Below, piece after piece: positions 46,970 to 55,653 of a stretch of DNA of 64,000 bases. The position numbers and the translations under genes are program-made. The stretch lies in NCBI GenBank assembly GCA_945860065.1, contig CAMAPI010000004.1, forward strand, positions 2,591-66,590. The letters run 5' to 3'. Each line of letters starts with the position of its first letter. Position 1 is the first letter of the stretch. This DNA is from Chryseobacterium gleum. Lineage in GTDB: Bacteria > Bacteroidota > Bacteroidia > Flavobacteriales_D > Crocinitomicaceae. The notes under the pieces are model-generated. The model did not search any database. It was not told the DNA's origin and saw only the letters and a list, made by a program, of their open reading frames with translations.

Positions 46970-48274
46970 ATGGGTTGCTCATCATGCAGTAGTGGCGGTG
47001 GAATACCGAATGGTTGTAAGAACAATGGTACTTGCAGCAGTGGAGGTTGTAATAAATTGGAAGTGTATGATTGGTTAGCAAATATTGCTTTACCAGCCGG
47101 ACAAGCGCCTTACGATATTGTAGAAGTAAGATTTAAAAATTCTAGAAAGGATTTTTACCGTAATGCTGCTCATTTAACCTTACAGATTGGGGATTTAGTC
47201 ATTGTTGACACAGCTCCAGGATACGACGTTGGTGTTATTTCCGTTGTTGGAGAGTTAGCAAGAGTTCAGGTTAAAAAGAAAGCACCCAACTTCAAAGCAA
47301 TGGAGGCGCGTAAAGTTATGCGCATAGCCAATCAGGAAGAAATCGATAAATGGATTAAAGGAAGGTCACTTGAGAAAGATTTAATGACCCAATCGCGAAC
47401 TTTAGCCATGAATTTAAATCTCGATATGAAAATATCAGATGTTGAATATCAGGGTGATTTAAGTAAAGCGACGTTTTATTATACGGCAGAGGGACGCGTT
47501 GATTTTCGTCAACTCATCAAGGACATGGCAGATAAATTCAGAGTTCGAATTGAAATGCGACAGATAGGAAGCCGTCAAGAGTCCTCCCGTTTAGGAGGCA
47601 TTGGCTCTTGTGGACGAGAATTATGCTGTTCAACATGGCTCACAGATTTCAGGTCAGTTTCTACATCAGCAGCTCGGTATCAGCAGTTATCATTGAACCC
47701 ACAAAAACTTGCTGGACAATGTGGGAAGTTGAAGTGTTGTTTGAATTATGAATTGGATATGTATTTAGATGCAATAAAGTCTTTTCCAAAAACAGATACA
47801 AAACTACATACAGAAAAAGGGGATGCTTTTCATATCAAAACGGATGTGTTTAAACGCATTATTTGGTACGCATATCCCGGCGAAATGGGTACAATTGCAT
47901 TGAGTCCAGAGCGTGTTGCGGAAATTAAAAAACTGAACAAAGACGGGGTTAAACCGAAAGACTTACTTGAATTTATAAAAGTAGAGAAAGTGGTTGAAAT
48001 TGGGTATCAAAATGTTGTTGGACAAGATAGTGTCAACCGTTTTGAGAAGAGTTTCACGAAGAAAAAACGTCCAAACAACAACAACAAAAAACGCAATCCT
48101 AACGGTCCAAATGCGACTTTGGAAGGTTCTAATGTAAAAGGAAACAGACCCCAAAACTTAGGACAGCCAAGAGGAAATAACCCGCAATCCAACAAGGGGA
48201 GCAACGGTGAGAATAAGCCAACTAATTCCGAGAATCTAGGTCAAAACAAAGGAAATAATAATGCACAGAGCTAG
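46970..48274 (+). CDS. PSP1 domain protein (RicT/YaaT-like) with Cys-rich N-terminus and N/G/K-rich low-complexity tail
   Basis: 434 aa. Has PSP1 C-domain Cys blocks GIGSCGRELCCSTWL and CGKLKCCLNYE. The tail is KKRPNNNNKKRNPNGPN...NKGNNNAQS. Confidence 0.85.
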   Translation: MGCSSCSSGGGIPNGCKNNGTCSSGGCNKLEVYDWLANIALPAGQAPYDIVEVRFKNSRKDFYRNAAHLTLQIGDLVIVDTAPGYDVGVISVVGELARVQVKKKAPNFKAMEARKVMRIANQEEIDKWIKGRSLEKDLMTQSRTLAMNLNLDMKISDVEYQGDLSKATFYYTAEGRVDFRQLIKDMADKFRVRIEMRQIGSRQESSRLGGIGSCGRELCCSTWLTDFRSVSTSAARYQQLSLNPQKLAGQCGKLKCCLNYELDMYLDAIKSFPKTDTKLHTEKGDAFHIKTDVFKRIIWYAYPGEMGTIALSPERVAEIKKLNKDGVKPKDLLEFIKVEKVVEIGYQNVVGQDSVNRFEKSFTKKKRPNNNNKKRNPNGPNATLEGSNVKGNRPQNLGQPRGNNPQSNKGSNGENKPTNSENLGQNKGNNNAQS

Positions 48275-48722
48275 TCTATTTTTCGTGTTGTGTTTGCTTC
48301 TTTTTTCCTGTAAAGAGGATTCTTTTTACACGAAATCATATTCATTTTCAAATCAAATTTGGAGGCAGGAAGTAAAGCCCGTTTTCAAAGTGGATATTCA
48401 AGACACCAGCATTCTATACGATTTTGTGGTTACCATTCGGACCACTACGGATTACGCATACAATAATCTTTGGGTGTTTTTAAATACAAAACCACCTCAC
48501 GGACAAGAAGTTCGTGAACCGTATGAGATAAAAACGACTTATCCAGATGGGAATTGGATTGGAAATAAAACGGGGACGGTTGTTGAACATGAATTAATAT
48601 TCAAAAGACGAAAAGTTCCATCTAAGGGAATGTATATCTTTACTTTTGAGCAGGCGATCACTCAGAAAACAGTCGACGAAGTATTGGATATTTCGATGGA
48701 AGTAAAAAAAGCAATTGAATAA
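48261..48722 (+). CDS. gldH: Gliding motility lipoprotein GldH
   Basis: 153 aa with a lipobox LLFSC. The blocks YNNLWVFLNT, YPDGNWIG, GMYIFTFEQA and VLDISMEV follow the GldH pattern as I recall it. holB-PSP1-gldH synteny matches what I recall for Flavobacterium. Confidence 0.72.
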   Translation: MHRASLFFVLCLLLFSCKEDSFYTKSYSFSNQIWRQEVKPVFKVDIQDTSILYDFVVTIRTTTDYAYNNLWVFLNTKPPHGQEVREPYEIKTTYPDGNWIGNKTGTVVEHELIFKRRKVPSKGMYIFTFEQAITQKTVDEVLDISMEVKKAIE

Positions 48723-48723
48723 G

Positions 48724-49194
48724 ATGCGCTTTAGACGTTTAACGACAGAGGAGTTGTTTGCATTAGAAACAGAATTCAAACAATTCTTAATTATCTCAGA
48801 ACAGTACGACGAAGAATGGCGCATATTAGTAAAAACAAACCCGGAAAAAGCCGAGGAGTTTATTGCTTTATTCAGCGATCTTGTGTTAGAAAAAGTGTAT
48901 CGTCAGATAAGCTATCTTGTGCATTTCAGCGACTCCATGGTCTCCTTTTTTGATGTTCGGAATAATCCACTAAAGGCATGCCACATCAAGCGTACCGACA
49001 ATCTTCCACTTCAAGATGAGCAGGTGTTACAGGAAGTACTTGTAGGACATTATGATCAACTATCTTTTTACATTGGAGAAAAGAATCTGGTAAAAGAGAA
49101 AGCGGATGAAGTTTATGATTTAATCCGAAAAGGAAGCGAGGCTTGCGAAGAAGCATATTTTCTTAAATACACAGAACATTTTACAAGAATTTAA
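48724..49194 (+). CDS. Hypothetical protein
   Basis: An ORF of about 156 aa starting at the ATG 2 nt after the gldH stop. No recognisable motif. Confidence 0.5.
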   Translation: MRFRRLTTEELFALETEFKQFLIISEQYDEEWRILVKTNPEKAEEFIALFSDLVLEKVYRQISYLVHFSDSMVSFFDVRNNPLKACHIKRTDNLPLQDEQVLQEVLVGHYDQLSFYIGEKNLVKEKADEVYDLIRKGSEACEEAYFLKYTEHFTRI

Positions 49195-49281
49195 AAAATT
49201 CAAAGGTGAGGGCATCTTTTTTTGCTTTTCTCCGTTTATAAACATAAATTTGACTATTAATTGCCTTAACTATTGTTAACT

Positions 49282-49932
49282 ATGAAAACATTCAAGTTCG
49301 CTTTTATTGGATTAGCTCTCGTATCTTTATTCAGTGCATGTATTGAGCACGAAGTAATTCCACCACCATCGAATAAAGTAGATTTAAACGCAAGCATAGT
49401 TGGATATGTGAATGGGACACAATTTGAACTAACTCAAAATGTGAATGGATATAATGCAACAACCTTGGATACCGCTGTTGTTCTTGCTTCACCTGCACTT
49501 TCTAAAGTCATCTATTCTTCAACGATATTCTCAAATCAAAATGCTCAAGCATTGAGTTTGATGTTTGGTACACTTGATTATGATGCTTCTGCGAATACGG
49601 AGCCGACGTTAAGCATGTTTAACGACTGGACAATGACAAATTCTGGAATACCCATTTTATTCAAGGACAAAGCGACGATGGTCGCTCAAAGCGTTGATGG
49701 TGTTCAAGTAACTTACACGGACAACACTGGAAAAGTTTGGTACTCTAGAGAAACTGACCCAGGTCAAGTTGCAAATTTCACGATATTGAAACAAGCTTCT
49801 GACGGAACAGGTGATTATTCCTTGTTCGAAGCTACATTTTCGTGTAAAGTTTGGTATGTTGATCCTCAAACAAGTGTTGCATCTTCATTAGACATCACCA
49901 ATGCCAAGTACCGCGCTTGGTTTAAAAGGTAG
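49282..49932 (+). CDS. Hypothetical lipoprotein
   Basis: 216 aa from the ATG at 49282. Has a signal peptide with the lipobox LFSAC. No known domain recognised. Confidence 0.55.
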   Translation: MKTFKFAFIGLALVSLFSACIEHEVIPPPSNKVDLNASIVGYVNGTQFELTQNVNGYNATTLDTAVVLASPALSKVIYSSTIFSNQNAQALSLMFGTLDYDASANTEPTLSMFNDWTMTNSGIPILFKDKATMVAQSVDGVQVTYTDNTGKVWYSRETDPGQVANFTILKQASDGTGDYSLFEATFSCKVWYVDPQTSVASSLDITNAKYRAWFKR

Positions 49933-49940
49933 TTCTACCC

Positions 49941-50639
49941 ATGAGTGAAGTCCTAAAGATAGCAATTATCGGCGATTACAACTTCACCTACAACGCGCAT
50001 CACGCGACGAATTTATCTTTGGACCACGCATCTGATTTTCTTGAAACAGAAGTAAATTATTATTGGATTAAAATCAATGAAGCGATTCAACACAAACGTG
50101 TTTATTTCGAGCAATTTGATGGGATCTGGATTGCACCAGGACCTTTTCTGAATCACTTCTTTCTAAATGGCGTGTACAAATTAGTATTAGAATCCAATGT
50201 GCCTGTGTTTTTAACAGGTGAGGGATACAAGTACTTTTTCGAGTACCTCATTTCCACGCATCAACTAAATCCTTATGGTGAAAAGTTGATTTCAGATAAC
50301 CTAATAGAAGGAAATCAATTTGAACGTGTAACCATTTACCCCAAGACGAAGGATGTGGAAAAGTTGTATGAAAACTGCAATCACACAGAGCTTAGTTCCT
50401 CGCGCTTCAGCTTGTACCCACAGCTAACCGATCAATTGAATGGATATTTGATTGATATTGAAGCTACAAATCAGTTTGATGACCCAGAGATTGTCACCTT
50501 GAAGAACCACCCCTTTTTTATGGCCTGTAGTTTTTGTCCGCAAATCTCCTCCACTAGAGATTTACCTCATCCCTTGATTTACACTTTCTTAAAAATGGCA
50601 ATTGAACTTTCTTCCTCAAAGTTCAGTCAATTGGTTTAG
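49941..50639 (+). CDS. Stand-alone CTP-synthase-type class-I glutamine amidotransferase-like domain with a degenerate catalytic triad
   Basis: 232 aa. [32 protein letters not shown] aligns with E. coli PyrG [43 protein letters not shown] aligns with LDAILVPGGFG. The nucleophile block LGICLGMQ is replaced by FLTGEGYK. Confidence 0.65.
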   Translation: [232 protein letters not shown]

Positions 50640-53600
50640 TGCCGAATAGTATAACAGGCATCTCGTTGGTTTTTTAAAAATCTCTTCAAGTAATTTACCG
50701 TAAGCAACGATTTGCTCCATATGGTTCTGGTTTATCTTACCCGTTTTAAAATCAATCACAAGAACCTCGTTCGTTTTCACAAAAACTTTATCTGGTTTCT
50801 TTACATCATTTTCTCCGGCTAAAACAACTTGTTCGTTGAACGATTTTTCTATGTTTAACAGGTAATTACCCTCTTCCATTTTCTGCCAAAACGCTCGTGC
50901 ACAATCGCGTAAACGCGTTTCGTTTTTTTGCTCAATTTGTCCCGTGTTCAGCAGATTGACTAACACCGCATCAGTGTCTTGCACGGCTTCACAGAGGGAC
51001 ATCAACAAGTGAAAATCATTCCCAAACTGTTGTTCATCCAACTGCACTTCCGATTCTTCTTGAAACACTTTCTTAAACACGATGTCCGGATACCACAGGC
51101 GCTGACTAAAATCAACCGGAACATACAAATTGTTGACTTCGCTTTTCGGTTTCACCACGACTTCTGTCTGGCCAATTTGCAACAAGCCATCATCATTCAT
51201 TCCCAGATTCATCGCTTCTAATTGATCGTGAATCATTGCGCCAAATTTCACTTTGTCAAAATCATTGATGGCATATAACCTGAGTTCAGGTCGTGTCATT
51301 CCGACATAGAAAAGATTCATTTTATCCAAAAGGATCAAATTATTTTCCTCATTCGCGAATTGGACTAATTCCGGAATCTGTTGATTTTTACCTGGAAATG
51401 CATAGAGCATTTTATCCCGTATTTCCATCAAGTATTTGGCCTTCGAGTTCATCGAAATATTAAAATCCATATTAGGAATAATCACGATGGGGAACTCTAG
51501 TCCTTTTGATTTGTGAATCGTCATGATTTTTAATGCTGATTGAGTATCAGGCATCTGTAAAGCAATTTTGTCCTTTTGTGCGTCAAAATATTCAAGGAAA
51601 TGGTGAATATCCGTTTGACGAGCAAGCTGAAATCCATATATGACATCCATAAAATGATGCAGGTAAGGTTCTTTTGTTTCTTGCCAATCCATCAACAGCA
51701 TAAATTTCTGAACCAAGTCATAGACACTTTCGTACGTCGTAAAAAACGATGAAGTTCCGCCAAAATGCTCGATCAAAAACCGCGTATCGTTAAAAACTCG
51801 GATGGGTTTGTCATCCTTTTGAATCACTTCGAAATACGAGAGGTAATCCGCTGTCGTGTAGGTGCCTTTTATCCTAAAATACAATTCCGCAAATCGTTTC
51901 GACTCGGTAGTTTTTTTAGGAGAGGAGCGTCTTCTAAGGTAAGAAAGAATCAGTTGAACTTGCGCATCCTTTGAAACCAAGAGTGAATCTTGCGAAACAA
52001 CTTGAATCTTTCGCTCTGTCAGTCCAATTGCCAATTCATTGCCAAGTTTATTTGTCTCTGTTAAAATACAGATGTCACCAAGTTCAAATCCAGCTTGAAC
52101 ACTTTCCTCCACAAAGCCAATGACTTTCTCTAATCGCTCTTCAAAGGTCAAAGAATGCTTGATGGATTCAATATGAATGTACCCATTTTTCGTTTTCTCA
52201 GCTTGCTGTTTTAGTCCGTGGTAAAAATGCGCCATGGAGTCTGGTAACTTTTTGGCCAATCCTTCAAAAAGGACATTGTTAAATTCTACAATTTCTTTCG
52301 CAGAACGATAGTTTGAATGCAAGTCTCTTTTCAACCCGCTTCGAGCAAGTTTTTTGCTTTTGTCCGCAATGAGCGGATCATTTTCAGGATTGTAAATCGA
52401 TGGCAAACTCACGAATTGTTCTGCCAATCCGTTGTTGAACCGATAAATGGATTGTTTCGCATCTCCAACGATTAAATTCCAACGGTTGTGTGCTAAGGAC
52501 TCCAGCATCAAGGGAATTAAATTCAACCATTGAAGACGAGAGGTGTCTTGGAATTCATCCAACAGAAAATGTTCAAATCGCACACCTAATCGTTCATAAA
52601 TATAAGGCGCTTCCTCATCCTTTACGAGCTTACTAATTAACTTATTAAATTCAGAAATTCGAATCAATTGCTCCTCATTCATCATGTTTTTCAATTGATT
52701 TCCAACATGTTGCAGGAGCGCCATGTTAAAGAAATTCTTTCGGTAAAGTTCAATCAAATTGTATGAAGCTAAATCCTTCATGTAGCGGTCATTCAACTGA
52801 ACAATGTCCTGTTTTAGGGACGATGGGATGTTCAGTTTAGAACCATCCTCCATGAGTGTCAAAAAAGACTCGGAAAACAAGCCATCACCTTTATAACTTA
52901 TTTTTGGAAATTCATTTTCTACGTTCAGTTTTGTGAAATTTGCAAGCGTTGTTCCTTTGCCTGGAATATCTTCCAATTTTAAGTCCAACTGAAAAAATGC
53001 ATCGTGTACCCGTTTCGCTTCGATTAATAGCGATGATAGAATTTGATTTCGGTCCTCAAATAAACGTTTATAATTTCCTTTTGTGAGTTCTAGCTGTAAT
53101 AAATGTTGGATTTTTTCCGTGTTTTTTTCCTGGCTCAACATTCCAGAAAATTCAATCAACTGCTTGCGGAAATTCCAACTATTTCCTTCTTCTAGGTTTG
53201 CCCTAGCATATTGATACATCCACTCTGAAAGGTCCTCTGTCCCCGGCGCGCCTAATTGATTCATCAATAAATCTACCACATCCTCGATGACTTGCTTTTC
53301 ATTTAAAATCACCTCAAAATCTGCCGGCAAATCTAAATCGCGGGAAAAAGAACGAATGAGTCGCAAATTGAATTTATCAATCGTCGAAACGTGAAAATCT
53401 TCATACGCATGCAAGATTCCCTCCAAAGCCAACTTACTTCTTCGCACTAGTTCAGCACTAGAAAGTCCGGTTTGAACCTCCAATTCTTTTTTTATGTTTG
53501 CTACTTTCGAATTCTCAGAATCCTCATGCGCAATACCAAACAAGGTCGATAGAATTCGTTCTTTCATTTCACTCGCCGCCTTGTTCGTAAAGGTCATGGC

Positions 53601-53744
53601 GACGATACTTTTGTATTTTCGCTTAAATTGAGCATCCATGAGTAAAATACTCAGGTATTCCAATACCAATTGATGCGTTTTTCCTGACCCAGCCGAGGCA
53701 CTTAAAACACTGAGGGGATGGATATTTCGATCAATTTTCTGCAT
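50616..53744 (-). CDS. UvrD/Rep-family SF1 helicase fused to a C-terminal PD-(D/E)XK nuclease (AddA/RecB-like)
   Basis: 1042 aa. Helicase motifs are AGSGKTH (I), FTNKAASEM (Ia), LLDEFQDTS (II), VGDAKQSIYRF (III), TIHKSKGLEFP (V) and YVGMTRP (VI). The C-terminal VIDFKTGK...QIVAYGKLL block is a RecB-type nuclease motif. Confidence 0.85.
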   Translation of the reverse strand: MQKIDRNIHPLSVLSASAGSGKTHQLVLEYLSILLMDAQFKRKYKSIVAMTFTNKAASEMKERILSTLFGIAHEDSENSKVANIKKELEVQTGLSSAELVRRSKLALEGILHAYEDFHVSTIDKFNLRLIRSFSRDLDLPADFEVILNEKQVIEDVVDLLMNQLGAPGTEDLSEWMYQYARANLEEGNSWNFRKQLIEFSGMLSQEKNTEKIQHLLQLELTKGNYKRLFEDRNQILSSLLIEAKRVHDAFFQLDLKLEDIPGKGTTLANFTKLNVENEFPKISYKGDGLFSESFLTLMEDGSKLNIPSSLKQDIVQLNDRYMKDLASYNLIELYRKNFFNMALLQHVGNQLKNMMNEEQLIRISEFNKLISKLVKDEEAPYIYERLGVRFEHFLLDEFQDTSRLQWLNLIPLMLESLAHNRWNLIVGDAKQSIYRFNNGLAEQFVSLPSIYNPENDPLIADKSKKLARSGLKRDLHSNYRSAKEIVEFNNVLFEGLAKKLPDSMAHFYHGLKQQAEKTKNGYIHIESIKHSLTFEERLEKVIGFVEESVQAGFELGDICILTETNKLGNELAIGLTERKIQVVSQDSLLVSKDAQVQLILSYLRRRSSPKKTTESKRFAELYFRIKGTYTTADYLSYFEVIQKDDKPIRVFNDTRFLIEHFGGTSSFFTTYESVYDLVQKFMLLMDWQETKEPYLHHFMDVIYGFQLARQTDIHHFLEYFDAQKDKIALQMPDTQSALKIMTIHKSKGLEFPIVIIPNMDFNISMNSKAKYLMEIRDKMLYAFPGKNQQIPELVQFANEENNLILLDKMNLFYVGMTRPELRLYAINDFDKVKFGAMIHDQLEAMNLGMNDDGLLQIGQTEVVVKPKSEVNNLYVPVDFSQRLWYPDIVFKKVFQEESEVQLDEQQFGNDFHLLMSLCEAVQDTDAVLVNLLNTGQIEQKNETRLRDCARAFWQKMEEGNYLLNIEKSFNEQVVLAGENDVKKPDKVFVKTNEVLVIDFKTGKINQNHMEQIVAYGKLLEEIFKKPTRCLLYYSALNQLTEL

Positions 53745-53824
53745 GTATTAACTAATAATTTATATTTTAAAGGAATGTTCTGAGGATTCTTTAAAATTAA
53801 GAACAAAATTTGATTGTTTTGGGT

Positions 53825-53832
53825 TAAATTTG
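53825..53832 (+). promoter_or_regulatory. Candidate -7 promoter box (TAAATTTG) abutting the MbnP-like gene start
   Basis: Matches TAnnTTTG, 4 nt upstream of the ATG at 53837. This implies a leaderless or near-leaderless transcript. Confidence 0.35.
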
Positions 53833-53836
53833 TTGC

Positions 53837-54583
53837 ATGAAGAAAATCCTTTTTTTAGCAGTCATTGCACCAATTCTTTGGAGCTGCGATCCTGATGACC
53901 CCAAACCAGTAGATCCGGTAACGGAAACAGTGAAGGTTACGATTAATCCTACATACGGAACTCAAGCGTTTTACATGGATTCCGTGTACACCACAGGTGA
54001 GGGATACAAGGTAAAGTTTACGGAATTGACGTGTTATTTTACCCTATTGGGAAATGGAACGAATCAATTAATCGAGGCGGCATTATTCAATTTCCGTGAA
54101 ACTGGATCTCTGTTGACTTCAGGCGCTGGTGATCACCTAAATTTCTCCAATTTTTCGGGGAAAATTGGCGTGGACACGAGTTTAAATCACCTCGATCCTT
54201 CGGCCTTTCCTAATGATAGTCCATTAAACATTAGCAATGCTGGACCCATGCATTGGGGTTGGAATCCGGGCTATATCTTCATGAATATTGAAGGAAAAGT
54301 AGATACCATTATTGACGCTACAAATAATTTAGATTTGAGCTTCAGTTTTCATGTTGGAACAGATTCTTATTTACAAGCATTCAACTTCGATAATGTAACT
54401 TGGCAAGACAAAGGAAATAAGGTTTGGGAAGTGCCTTTGAAATTAGATTTGGCTTATTTCTTATCCAACCCAATGAGTTCCATCAACTTGAAAGACGAAC
54501 ACCTTACGCACACTGGTGCTGGTCAAGAGACTCTTACCCAAAAGGTAATTCAAAATTTTAAAAATGCCTTAACCGTGTACTGA
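53837..54583 (+). CDS. MbnP-like lipoprotein (partner of a MauG/MbnH-type di-haem peroxidase)
   Basis: 248 aa with the lipobox ILWSC. The size, its position immediately upstream of and overlapping a di-haem CCP/MauG-family gene, and the Trp/His-rich block GPMHWGWNPGY are consistent with the MbnP family. The call is made from memory. Confidence 0.45.
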   Translation: MKKILFLAVIAPILWSCDPDDPKPVDPVTETVKVTINPTYGTQAFYMDSVYTTGEGYKVKFTELTCYFTLLGNGTNQLIEAALFNFRETGSLLTSGAGDHLNFSNFSGKIGVDTSLNHLDPSAFPNDSPLNISNAGPMHWGWNPGYIFMNIEGKVDTIIDATNNLDLSFSFHVGTDSYLQAFNFDNVTWQDKGNKVWEVPLKLDLAYFLSNPMSSINLKDEHLTHTGAGQETLTQKVIQNFKNALTVY

Positions 54584-55653
54584 TGAAGTTTTTTCTATCT
54601 GTTTTACTTTTATTCGTTTTTGCTGCTTGTCGAAAAGACAAAACGGATTTTACACCTGCGCCGTACACATTAAAAATACCATCCCATTTTCCAGACATGA
54701 TAATCCCGGCTGATAATCCCATGACGGTAGAGGGAGTTGAACTTGGACGCTATCTTTTTTACGAAAAACAACTAAGTGGGGATAATTCCATGAACTGTGC
54801 GACCTGTCACATGCCACAAAATTCCTTTTCAGATAATAATCAATATTCCGTTGGAATTGATGGCTTATTTGGAAATCGTCAATCGATGGCCTTAATCAAT
54901 ATCGGTTGGGAAAATTACTTTTTTTGGGATGGACGTAAAACGACGTTAGAGTCACAGATCATTGAACCAGTTGTCAATCCAATCGAACTGCATCAATCGT
55001 GGAAAGATGCCATTCATAAACTAAACGCCGATGTCAAGTACCGCAATCGCTTTTTTAAAGCCTTTGGTGAAGAAGGAGTCGATTCAGTGAAAGCAGCAAA
55101 GGCCATTGCACAATTTATTCGCACCATGATTTCGAGTGAATCGAAATTTGATGTCATGTACAAATTCGAGAACAATTTGGCCTTGAATTCTTCTGAGCAA
55201 GCAATGCTTTCTACCGTCGATTTAGACGAGTGGGCTGGCTATGACCTTTTCAAAAGTTTAAATGGCGCCGATTGTTTTCATTGTCACAATGGACCATTAA
55301 TGCGGGTAAAGAAATTTAGCAACAACGGACTAGACGCCACATTTAGTGATTTAGGAAGGGGTGGTGTGACACAGAATCCAGAGGAATACGGAAAATTTAA
55401 AGTCACAACGCTCCGTAATATTGCTTTGACTGCGCCGTATATGCATGATGGACGTTTTTCCACACTTGACGAGGTGATCGAACACTACTCTAGTGGTATT
55501 CACATGAGTCCAACCATCGACCCACTAATCGAATTCGCCAATCAAGGTGGTGTTCAATTAGACACGCAAGAAAAGTACTTGTTGAAGAAATTTTTATTAA
55601 CCCTAAGCGACTACAATTTCATCAATAATCCATCCTTTAAAGACCCGAATTAA
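54583..55653 (+). CDS. Di-haem cytochrome c peroxidase family protein (MauG/MbnH-like)
   Basis: 356 aa with a lipobox-type signal. Has two CxxCH haem motifs (CATCHMP and CFHCHNG) and the C-terminal block APYMHDGRFSTLDEVIEHY typical of the CCP/MauG family. Confidence 0.85.
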   Translation: MKFFLSVLLLFVFAACRKDKTDFTPAPYTLKIPSHFPDMIIPADNPMTVEGVELGRYLFYEKQLSGDNSMNCATCHMPQNSFSDNNQYSVGIDGLFGNRQSMALINIGWENYFFWDGRKTTLESQIIEPVVNPIELHQSWKDAIHKLNADVKYRNRFFKAFGEEGVDSVKAAKAIAQFIRTMISSESKFDVMYKFENNLALNSSEQAMLSTVDLDEWAGYDLFKSLNGADCFHCHNGPLMRVKKFSNNGLDATFSDLGRGGVTQNPEEYGKFKVTTLRNIALTAPYMHDGRFSTLDEVIEHYSSGIHMSPTIDPLIEFANQGGVQLDTQEKYLLKKFLLTLSDYNFINNPSFKDPN

